Source: a virus (taxonomy: Duplodnaviria > Caudoviricetes). From it: a stretch of 62,371 nucleotides of DNA. The stretch covers positions 1 to 62,371 of IMG/VR virus record IMGVR_UViG_3300032318_002859; one strand, written 5' to 3'. Below, piece by piece: positions 46,414-54,553 of this stretch (position 1 is its first letter; every line of letters starts with the position of its first letter). The notes under the pieces are model-generated. The model saw only the letters and a program-made list of their open reading frames with translations. It was not told the origin of the DNA and made no database searches. Made by a program: the position numbers and the translations under genes.

Positions 46414-46896
46414 GTGACCAGCAAAGGGGATGCCGGCGCGCAACGGCAGCCCCGGGACAAGCCGAAGAAAGATCGCACTCTCTCCAGGGCCGCCGAGAAG
46501 AACTATCGGGTTCACGCCCTGCTGAGCATGGCCGTGAAGAGCGGCTATGGGCCGATCGAGCTGATGAATGTGGCCACCAAAGGCTGGAAGGTCAGCCCCA
46601 CCGTGGCGGCCCGACTGGTGGCCGAGGCCTACGAGCTGTGCATCTCTGGCACCAGCCTCTACGACAAGCTCCGCATGTCGGCGATCCAGGTCGCGCGCAT
46701 GGAACACCTGCTGCGAACGGCGATGCAGCAGAAGAATCTAGCGGTTGCTCTTGGAGTCAACCGCGAGATCAACGCGCTGATCCTCAGCGTCAACAAATTC
46801 GAGAAGGCCCAAGAGGAGGCAGGTGATGGTGGCGCTGGCGCGACCCCGCTCACCCCGGAGGAGCAGGAAGCACAGGATCGGGAAGGCGATTTCTGA
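46414..46896 (+). CDS. terS: Terminase small subunit (probable)
   Basis: Immediately upstream of and overlapping TerL; helical; start uncertain. Confidence 0.6.
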   Translation: MTSKGDAGAQRQPRDKPKKDRTLSRAAEKNYRVHALLSMAVKSGYGPIELMNVATKGWKVSPTVAARLVAEAYELCISGTSLYDKLRMSAIQVARMEHLLRTAMQQKNLAVALGVNREINALILSVNKFEKAQEEAGDGGAGATPLTPEEQEAQDREGDF

Positions 46897-48449
46897 TGGC
46901 CTGGGACGACGAGGCCTGGGCCGAATACGAAGAGAAGCTTCGCCAGCAGACCCCGTGTTACGCCTGGCCCCGCCAGGGGCCCGCCGGCCTGCACCTGCCG
47001 CGGAAAACGGCGGTGCGGCCCCTGCTGCGCTACGTGCCCCGGCGCGGCCTGTTCTCCCAGGAGCGTGCGGAGCAGCCCTGGGACCAGCTCCCGAAGCGCT
47101 GGCCGGACTTTGCGGCCCGCACCTACATCGCCTCTCAGGGGAAATATCTCCCCTTCGTGCCCTGGGACTACCAGCTCTCGCTGGTCCGCACGATCCGGGC
47201 CCATCAGAACACCTACGTGCTCAAGAGCCGGCAAACCGGCGTGAGCGAGACAGTCATCTCCTACATGCTCCAGCAGGCCATCCAGAGGCCGGCATGGACC
47301 GGGATCATCTTTTCTAAAACCGGTGATGACGCCTCAGAGCTGGCAGCTCGGATCAAAGGGCAGGCCGCCTCCCTGCGCTCCGCCTGCCCGCCGCTGCCGA
47401 AGGACAGCGCCCGGAAGCTGGTGTTTCAGGGCCGCGGTTCCCTCCACTTCCTGCCTCCCACCGAGCGGGCCGCCCGGGGCATCCCGTCTGCCTCAATGAT
47501 CTTTTTCGATGAGGGCGCATACATCGAGAAGCTGTCTGGCATTGAAACCGGCGCCATGCCAACTCTGAAGATGCTTGGCACCAGGGCCCGTGCCGTGTGG
47601 GCCACCACCCCCAACGGTCGCAGCGGCCGTTTCCACGAACACTGGAGCACCGACCACGGCGAGGTGCAGATCGGTGATGAGTTCGTCAACGGCATCCCCA
47701 CCCTGCAGTGCAGCCCTAATGGTGAGTTCGCGAAGGTCGCGATCCACTGGAGCCAACACCCGATCTACGCGCTGGATCCGGATTTTGCCGAGAACACCCG
47801 CCGCAAGTTCCAGCTCACCCAGCAGCGCTACCGGCAGGAATTCGAGCTCGACTTCGCCGCCACCGACGCCGAGGTCTACCCCCACGACCTGATCGAAGCC
47901 GCCGAGGCCATCGGCGGGCTGGATCTGCCCACCAGGGGGCACATCTACGTCTTCGGGATCGACCCCAACGGCAAGGGGAACGACGAGTGGGTCACCACGG
48001 TGCTCGATGTCACCACCAACCCCTGGCAGGTGGTGGCCCGCTTCCACGACGCCCGCCGCAGCCGCGACTACGGCCTGCAGCGCACCGCGCGCCTGATCGA
48101 CCAGTTCAACCCGGAGCTGGTGCTGGTGGAGAACAACGGGGTGGGCGCCGCGGTGGCCGAATCCCTGGCCATCCTGCGGCCCGGCGTGCGGATCGACGAG
48201 TTCGCCACCAGCAAGCCCAGCAAGATCTTCATGACCGATCGGGTGCTGCTGCTGCTGGAGCAGGGCGAGTTGGGGATCCCCCCCGACGACATCTACGGCG
48301 CCCAGATGCGCAACTTCCGGCAGAAAGCGGACGGCACCCGCGAGGCCGCGGCCGGCTGCCACGACGACGCAGTGATGAGCCTGGCCGCGGCCTGCGAAGC
48401 CGGCGCCAGGATCCGGCCGATGGTGGCGGACTGGATCAACATGGTTTGA
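46896..48449 (+). CDS. terL: Terminase large subunit
   Basis: LKSRQTGVSE, FFDEGA, TTPNG, GIDP, HDDAVMSLA. Confidence 0.93.
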   Translation: MAWDDEAWAEYEEKLRQQTPCYAWPRQGPAGLHLPRKTAVRPLLRYVPRRGLFSQERAEQPWDQLPKRWPDFAARTYIASQGKYLPFVPWDYQLSLVRTIRAHQNTYVLKSRQTGVSETVISYMLQQAIQRPAWTGIIFSKTGDDASELAARIKGQAASLRSACPPLPKDSARKLVFQGRGSLHFLPPTERAARGIPSASMIFFDEGAYIEKLSGIETGAMPTLKMLGTRARAVWATTPNGRSGRFHEHWSTDHGEVQIGDEFVNGIPTLQCSPNGEFAKVAIHWSQHPIYALDPDFAENTRRKFQLTQQRYRQEFELDFAATDAEVYPHDLIEAAEAIGGLDLPTRGHIYVFGIDPNGKGNDEWVTTVLDVTTNPWQVVARFHDARRSRDYGLQRTARLIDQFNPELVLVENNGVGAAVAESLAILRPGVRIDEFATSKPSKIFMTDRVLLLLEQGELGIPPDDIYGAQMRNFRQKADGTREAAAGCHDDAVMSLAAACEAGARIRPMVADWINMV

Positions 48450-48658
48450 ACCCTGATGATCAGCCCGGATGACGATCATCTCCATCGCCAGCGGCTTTGC
48501 TGCTGCTTCCCAAGCGCTGGTGGGATGACGTGGGTCTGTACCTGGACTGAGCGTTACGACCGGTGAACGGGCCCATGGCCGCCCGCACCTTCCGCTACTT
48601 GTGCGTTACAGTATGGGGACCGGGGGCGAAGAAGCTCCCCACCTAACACCTTCCAGCC

Positions 48659-49195
48659 ATGCCGACCCCCACGGCCACACCGACGGTCATGACCACCACC
48701 ACCGACCAATTCCCCGACCACGTTGCCGGGGATCCATATTGTCTCAATCGTGAAGAGTTTATTAGATTTGCAGGATTACAGGAGGATTACGATGCTTTCC
48801 TGAAAGTGCTGCAGCAAAAGGCGGCAGGCGGCAGACTGCCTGGGAACGGGCATAATTACGAGCCCGAGAGCCAGGCCTTCTGGGCCGCCATCGCTTCGTT
48901 TGAGGCGATGCGCAGGTTTCACTCAGATTCGGATTGCTGCGACAGCTTTGTATCTATGGAGGTTGGCCACAACGCCGCCGGGCCCTCTCAGATCGAATGG
49001 AGTTACGAAAGTACTTCAGGTACGACATTTGCCGCGACTGAATGGCGAAAGTACAACGACCCAACATCAGAAGAGGACGAGCCGGCCACATTGCCGGAGC
49101 CGATGTTCGTTGTCCAAATCCCGGCCACGCGCGACACGCCAGGTCGTACCCACTATGAAGCCCTCCGCCGGGGCGGAAGTTATCGCGACTTCTGA
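48659..49195 (+). CDS. Hypothetical acidic protein (moron)
   Basis: Lower GC; own leader hairpin upstream. Confidence 0.6.
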   Translation: MPTPTATPTVMTTTTDQFPDHVAGDPYCLNREEFIRFAGLQEDYDAFLKVLQQKAAGGRLPGNGHNYEPESQAFWAAIASFEAMRRFHSDSDCCDSFVSMEVGHNAAGPSQIEWSYESTSGTTFAATEWRKYNDPTSEEDEPATLPEPMFVVQIPATRDTPGRTHYEALRRGGSYRDF

Positions 49196-49251
49196 CCCAC
49201 CCACGGCCCGCCGGTGCCTATCCGGCATCCCATCCCACCGCATTGACAGCC

Positions 49252-49401
49252 ATGTTTCGCTACGAAGTTTCCTTCACCCTCACCGGCTCGACCCGCCTGA
49301 TGGTTGAGGTCAAGGCCGGCAACGCACCGTGGGAGGCGACCGATCAGGTGCGGGCCGAATACGGCGCCGACATCAAGGTCATTCAAACCCGGTGCCTCTG
49401 A
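49252..49401 (+). CDS. 49-aa hypothetical protein
   Basis: MFRYEVSFTLTG..QTRCL*; stop overlaps next ATG. Confidence 0.5.
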   Translation: MFRYEVSFTLTGSTRLMVEVKAGNAPWEATDQVRAEYGADIKVIQTRCL

Positions 49402-49571
49402 TGACTGACCCCACCACCCCAGACCCCTGGGCAGCCCTCAGGGAAGCCCAGCAATCGCTGATCCGGGCGGCGGGTCACATCCGCGGCCGCGAGGGCCACA
49501 GCGCTGCCTACCGCGCGGCGGCGAACGCTGCGGATCGTGCCCGTGCTGTTCTGGTGGAGAGTGGTGCCTGA
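49401..49571 (+). CDS. Hypothetical protein
   Basis: MTDPTTPDPWAALREA; coupled. Confidence 0.5.
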   Translation: MTDPTTPDPWAALREAQQSLIRAAGHIRGREGHSAAYRAAANAADRARAVLVESGA

Positions 49572-49773
49572 CCCCAGCAAGTGGGCCCGCTACCGGGCCC
49601 GGCTGGACGGTGAGCTTCCCAAAGTGCCTCTGTGCCCCGAGTGCAACAGGCAGATTCGCGGCGCTGGCCGTGATGGCCTCTGTTCTCGCTGCTGGGCGGT
49701 CACGCCAGCTGGACGGGAAGACATCAGGCAGCGGGTGGCGCGTTCCCGCTCCCGCCGTCGTGCATCAGACTGA
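49564..49773 (+). CDS. Small Zn-finger protein
   Basis: CPEC..LCSRC, basic tail. Confidence 0.6.
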   Translation: MPDPSKWARYRARLDGELPKVPLCPECNRQIRGAGRDGLCSRCWAVTPAGREDIRQRVARSRSRRRASD

Positions 49774-49819
49774 CGGCAGCAACACCCCCGCGCCCGCAGG
49801 GCCGAATCCAGAGCGGGGG

Positions 49820-50173
49820 TCACTCTTCAGGCAGCTTGGTGCTGTCTCTGCCAGCCAGCCAGAGCACGGCGGAGCGCACCACCTCCGCATGGCAGGGCAG
49901 GGGGGCGCACCAGCAGAGCAGCTCCAGCTCACCGGCGCGGGCCTGGGCGACCAGGCGCCTCAGCTCTGCTTCCTGCGGTGAGCCCGGATACTGCAGTTGC
50001 GCCCAGAGCCAGCGCCGATATTTGGCGATCACCTCCTCTCGGCTGCCATCCCGGCCCAGGACATAGGGATTGCCCAGCGGGCTGGGGCGCCCCACATAGG
50101 ACTGGCCGGGCAGCAGACAGCCGGTTCCCCGTCGTGCGCGCCCGATGCTGATCTGCAGGGATTGGCTGTTCAC
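49820..50173 (-). CDS. DUF4326 protein
   Basis: YVGRPSPLGNPY..REEVIAKYRRWL..LLCWCAPLPCHAEV. Confidence 0.88.
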   Translation of the reverse strand: MNSQSLQISIGRARRGTGCLLPGQSYVGRPSPLGNPYVLGRDGSREEVIAKYRRWLWAQLQYPGSPQEAELRRLVAQARAGELELLCWCAPLPCHAEVVRSAVLWLAGRDSTKLPEE

Positions 50174-50354
50174 GGGGGCGCGGGGTGGAGAGGGGCGGTC
50201 GGCGGCGTCGGCCGTTGCTGGACCTGGCCATGGTGAGCTGACTGGGTTGTGGCCTGGCAACAGCTGCACCGCTACCTTGTGATTTCCCAAGGACACCGCC
50301 CCCGTGAGCCGTCGGCTTGCGGGGGTTTCCCTTGGGGCTTGTGAACTGAGAGCC

Positions 50355-50852
50355 TCAACCGCGTGGGGCAGCAGCAGGCCCGTGAGGATCTTCCGCCTCG
50401 AGAAGCAGCGGCGAGCTGATCACCCGCCAGCGCTTCGCGAGCACCGTCTGGTGGCCCGCCAGAAAGCCTCTCACCGTGTGGTGGGACAGCCCATAGGACG
50501 CAGCGAAGGCCCGCTCCTGGCCCACAATGATTTCCCGTCGGCGGCCGCAGGTCACCTCTCCAAGGATCCACCGCGGCGCGCTGGTGTCATCGGGCTGGGC
50601 ATCGGCAGAGCGCTTCACCCACCAGATCCACGTCCCCCCGGAGTTGCTTCTCGTCACCCGCCGAAGGAGTCCCCGTCTCTCCAGCTGGGCCAGCCCGCGG
50701 TTCAGGGTGGCACGATCTGTGCCCAGCTGCTCCGCCAGGTCGGTGAGCGTGGGCCACCAGTTGGGCACCAGCTGCTCGATCTGCACCAGCAAGATCACAA
50801 GCTCTGCCCGCAGCTCACGCCGCAGCTGGGCCAAGAAGGCCGGCTGAATCAC
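50355..50852 (-). CDS. Winged-HTH (MarR-like) protein
   Basis: WPTLTDLAEQLGTDRATLNRGLAQLERRGLL; GTGA-coupled start. Confidence 0.7.
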   Translation of the reverse strand: MIQPAFLAQLRRELRAELVILLVQIEQLVPNWWPTLTDLAEQLGTDRATLNRGLAQLERRGLLRRVTRSNSGGTWIWWVKRSADAQPDDTSAPRWILGEVTCGRRREIIVGQERAFAASYGLSHHTVRGFLAGHQTVLAKRWRVISSPLLLEAEDPHGPAAAPRG

Positions 50853-51172
50853 CGAGGCCGCCGCCACCCCATCAGAAAAACCAGCCGCTGCCATGCCCGC
50901 CGCCGGCGCCAGAACCACCTGCTGAGCCTGATGCGCCACATGGGGGGCTTGGTGGTGGCAATCGCAAGGTTGAGTTCGAGCTCGGCAATCCGATCGGTCG
51001 CTCGCCGGATGATGCTGGCCTGCATGGCGTTCTGCTTCGCCAGGCCAAGGCAGAGCGCCGTCACCTCGCTTGGTCGGTGACGAATTGCCTGCTGGAGCTC
51101 CAGCTCCAGTGCCCGCAGCCGAAAAGCCTCCTCCGGCCTTAACTCTGGAACCATCCAATCGGCCCAGGCCAT
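50849..51172 (-). CDS. Hypothetical protein
   Basis: WMVPELRPEEAFRLR..IRRATDRIAELE. Confidence 0.7.
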   Translation of the reverse strand: MAWADWMVPELRPEEAFRLRALELELQQAIRHRPSEVTALCLGLAKQNAMQASIIRRATDRIAELELNLAIATTKPPMWRIRLSRWFWRRRRAWQRLVFLMGWRRPR

Positions 51173-51173
51173 C

Positions 51174-51473
51174 TCAGCGGCCCTCTGATGCGACGCCCAT
51201 CCGCCGCGGCGGATGCCACAACACGCGCACGGAGCGGGGAACGCCGGGGATGACCGAAATGGCCCCGGCCTTTGCCAGCTTCCGGAAATGCGCCTGCACT
51301 GTGGACGTGGAGGCCAGCCCCCGTGCCCGCATCACGTCCCGAAAGCTGGGTGGGATTTTGTGCTTCTTGATGTAGCCGCGCACGGCTTCAAGGATCAGCT
51401 GCTGCGCTGGGGTGAGCCCTCGTTCCGTCTGGATCTCGGCCGCGGCCACCAACGGCTTCCCCTTCTCCAACAT
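51174..51473 (-). CDS. LexA-like DNA-binding domain only
   Basis: LTPAQQLILEAVRGYI..PPSFRDV..GLASTSTVQAHFRKL..G..PRSVRVL; no peptidase domain. Confidence 0.85.
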   Translation of the reverse strand: MLEKGKPLVAAAEIQTERGLTPAQQLILEAVRGYIKKHKIPPSFRDVMRARGLASTSTVQAHFRKLAKAGAISVIPGVPRSVRVLWHPPRRMGVASEGR

Positions 51474-51528
51474 GAACTCGCGACGTCGTGGCCCTGGGGC
51501 GAGCCTAACCCTGAATGGTGCATCAGTG

Positions 51529-52452
51529 CTATGCCGATGGTGAGAACAGGCTCAGCTGCCGCTCGACCAGCATCCCGTCGCCCTCGCCAGGGGTCAGGCC
51601 GTCATGGTTGGCCAGCACTCGCGCCAGAGCCGTCCCTTTTGCCTCCAGCCGCACCGTTGCCGCCCTGGTGAGCCCCATGGCGCGGCTGACATCCGCATGG
51701 CTCTGGCCGGACAGCAACCGTGCCATCACCTCCTGAACATCGGGCCATGGCTGGAGAACCTCCAGCACCACCTCCCAGTCGTCGTCCGTGACATCGGCGG
51801 CCGGAGCGGCAACAGTGCTGCCCCAGCTCTCGCCGTCTTCATCTCCCCCCAGGAAGGCATCGAGCGAGATCACCTGCCGGACCGCGGCAGCCTTGCGCAG
51901 CAGCAGCAAATCCGCCGCAGAAAGATCCAGGGCCTCCATCGCTTCTGCATCCGTCGGTGAGCGGCCCTCCCGGGCGGTGAAGGCCTCCACCCACTGCCGC
52001 AACCGATTCATGCTGGCCGCCCGCTTCACCGGGACCTTCACGGGGCCGGAGGTATGCAGGAGCACATTCATGCTCTGCCGGATCCACCAGACCGCGTAGG
52101 TGGAGAACGTACACCCCCGGGCCGGATCGAATTTTTCCGCCGCTCGGATCAGCCCGATCGCGCCTTCCTGAATGAGGTCTTCCACATCCAGCGCCACGAT
52201 CGTGCGGATCGAGAACGCGCGAGCCTGCCTCGCCACCAGCAGCATGTTTCGCGCCACCAGCTGATCACGGGCCCGCTGCCCCGCCCGCTTCAACCCTGGA
52301 GGCGGCTGCGTTTTCCCTTTCGCCACTTGCTCCGGTGACGGCTCCCAGTCCAACCAAGCCCGGATTGCCCGGCCCAGCAGGAGCTGCTCCTCCCGCGAGG
52401 GGATGGGCAGCCGTGCATAGGCCGCCAACAGGGAATCGAGTGACGAGCCCAT
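51529..52452 (-). CDS. RNA polymerase sigma-70 family factor (RpoD-like)
   Basis: DLIQEGAIGLIRAAEKFDPARGCTFSTYAVWWIRQ; ISLD. Confidence 0.93.
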   Translation of the reverse strand: MGSSLDSLLAAYARLPIPSREEQLLLGRAIRAWLDWEPSPEQVAKGKTQPPPGLKRAGQRARDQLVARNMLLVARQARAFSIRTIVALDVEDLIQEGAIGLIRAAEKFDPARGCTFSTYAVWWIRQSMNVLLHTSGPVKVPVKRAASMNRLRQWVEAFTAREGRSPTDAEAMEALDLSAADLLLLRKAAAVRQVISLDAFLGGDEDGESWGSTVAAPAADVTDDDWEVVLEVLQPWPDVQEVMARLLSGQSHADVSRAMGLTRAATVRLEAKGTALARVLANHDGLTPGEGDGMLVERQLSLFSPSA

Positions 52453-52554
52453 CCGGCAAGGGCTGGTGTTCGCCCAAGCCTATGGGCTGAAACGTCGCGA
52501 AGCCGTGATGTAGCCGACTCAGTTGGCCTAGCCTGGCCCTGTGCGCACCGAACC

Positions 52555-54522
52555 GTGGCGATCGGATTCCTGCAGTTTCCAGAGCAATCCGGCTACCGCT
52601 TGGATGGGGCACTCATCAATGTGCTCACCGGGCTGGGCACTGCCAAGGACCGGAACGAGGCGATCGGCGTCAAGCGCAGCCGCATCCTCTCCGAAGCTGC
52701 CGTCAACGCCCTCTACGAGCAGAGCTGGCTGATCCGGCGGATCGTTGACAAGATCCCCCAGCAGGGCACCCGCAGCGGCTGGGACCTGAGCGTGGGCGAC
52801 GAGACCTCCTCCAAGATGAAGGCCGCTCTCGATGACCTGGCCGGCTGGACGGAAAAGCTCCGTCTCCGCCGGTCCCTGGCCGCGGCATGGAGATACAGCC
52901 GCCTGTTTGGCGGCGGGGCGCTGATCCTGATCGCCGATGACCGCACGCCGATCGATCAACCGCTCAACCTCCGGCGGTTGCGCACCATCCACGGCCTCTA
53001 CCCGATCGATCGCTGGCGCCTTTACCCCGCCTCCGGCTGGTCAGGCCTGGGGGAACCGGAACTCTATTGGTTCTGGACCCAGAAGGATCGGGATCTCGAG
53101 CAGCTGAACGAGCAGGCTGGAGCCACGCAGGTGACCAGCAGCGGCCTGGGCATCACCGATGCCACCCAGGTGGAAATCCATGGCAGCAGGGTGATCCGCA
53201 TCCAGGGGCTTCCCTGCTCCTGGCGATCCGAGCAGGAGCGGCAGGGCTGGGGAATATCGGTGGTGGATCTGGTCTGGGATGTCTTCAAGAGATGGGAGAC
53301 GGGCCAGCAGTCCGCCAGCGACATCCTCCACGACTTCGACCTGGTGGTTCACACGCTGCCGGGCCTGGCCAACATGCTCGCAGCAGGGGGAGAAGACAAG
53401 CTCCGCCAGCGGCTGGAGGCCAACAGCATGGCCCGCTCCACCATCGGCGCCTACCTGCTGGACGGCAACGAAACGCTGACCAACCTCAACCGCTCCGCCG
53501 CCGGCATCGCCGACATCCTCACCTCCCTGAAGAGCGAAATCACCGGCGCCAGTGGCCTCCCGCACACCCTGCTGTGGGGCGAAAGCCCCTCGGGCCTGGG
53601 GGCTGACGGCCGCAGCGAACAGGCCGCCTTCGGGAACGAGGTGGCCGATCTGCAGGCGGAAACGCTCATGGATCCCCTCCGGCGGATCTACGAGCTCGCC
53701 ATGGCCTGCTCTGACGGGCCTTGGGAAGGGAAGGCGCCGCCGGCCGACTGGGAGATCACCTTCCGCCCCACCTACACCCCCACGGAGGACGAACAGGCCG
53801 ACTTGCGGCAGAAGGTGGCCACGGCCGACAGCCAGTACATCACGAACCAGGTGCTGCAGCCCAACGAGGTGGCGCTGGCGCGGTTCGGCAAGCCGCGCTT
53901 CAGCCTCGATACCACCCTGCTGAACCGCAATCCGGATGGGTCGATCCCCGCGCCGAAGGACACCCCACCGGTGGACTTCGGCGGCTCCCTTGAGGACGAT
54001 CCGGCGGCCGCGGGCTCAGAGGCCGCGGCGGCCGACCAGCCTCCCCCCAGCGAGCCCTCGTTCTCCGGTGCCGAACCCGCGCCAACGCCCCCCCGCAACG
54101 ATGCGGAGGAGGAGCCGTGCTGCAGCGACTGCGAAGCCCGCGCTCAGGAGCTGGCCCAGCAGATCACGGAGCACCGGGGGCGCCGGAAGCGCCGCCGCGA
54201 TGAGGTGCCCCGCAACGATGCCGCCGGCCAGGTGCATCAGATCCTGGGGGTGACCGTGCGGATGGATGGGCCGGGCATCGGCCGCCTGCAGGGCCCCTAT
54301 GGGCAGACCCTGCCCTACCCCGTGGCGGTGGGCCCGGATCTCAGCGGCATGTGGGAGGTGTTCGAGCCGGCCAGCGGCGCCTACCTGCTGGCCCTGGGCC
54401 ACCAACACCAGCGGGGCCTTCGGGATGCCATCGGCGCCGCCGCCACCATCCGCCGAATCGATGGCATCGACCTGGTGGCCATGGGCGCAGTCTGCGATTC
54501 CTACCTTGCTGGAGAGGCCTGA
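52555..54522 (+). CDS. Portal protein (DUF1073-type) with C-terminal extension
   Basis: NVLTGLGTAKD, YSRLFGG, IHGSRVI, ASGLPHTLLWGESPSGL. Confidence 0.9.
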   Translation: MAIGFLQFPEQSGYRLDGALINVLTGLGTAKDRNEAIGVKRSRILSEAAVNALYEQSWLIRRIVDKIPQQGTRSGWDLSVGDETSSKMKAALDDLAGWTEKLRLRRSLAAAWRYSRLFGGGALILIADDRTPIDQPLNLRRLRTIHGLYPIDRWRLYPASGWSGLGEPELYWFWTQKDRDLEQLNEQAGATQVTSSGLGITDATQVEIHGSRVIRIQGLPCSWRSEQERQGWGISVVDLVWDVFKRWETGQQSASDILHDFDLVVHTLPGLANMLAAGGEDKLRQRLEANSMARSTIGAYLLDGNETLTNLNRSAAGIADILTSLKSEITGASGLPHTLLWGESPSGLGADGRSEQAAFGNEVADLQAETLMDPLRRIYELAMACSDGPWEGKAPPADWEITFRPTYTPTEDEQADLRQKVATADSQYITNQVLQPNEVALARFGKPRFSLDTTLLNRNPDGSIPAPKDTPPVDFGGSLEDDPAAAGSEAAAADQPPPSEPSFSGAEPAPTPPRNDAEEEPCCSDCEARAQELAQQITEHRGRRKRRRDEVPRNDAAGQVHQILGVTVRMDGPGIGRLQGPYGQTLPYPVAVGPDLSGMWEVFEPASGAYLLALGHQHQRGLRDAIGAAATIRRIDGIDLVAMGAVCDSYLAGEA

Positions 54523-54553
54523 TGCCCTATCTCCACACCGAGGTTTCAGTGAG

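Noticed and set aside
52555-54522. Anti-CBASS Acb1 activity sometimes attached to DUF1073 annotations
   Set aside because: No paired HxT/S phosphoesterase motifs recognised in the extension; treated as portal
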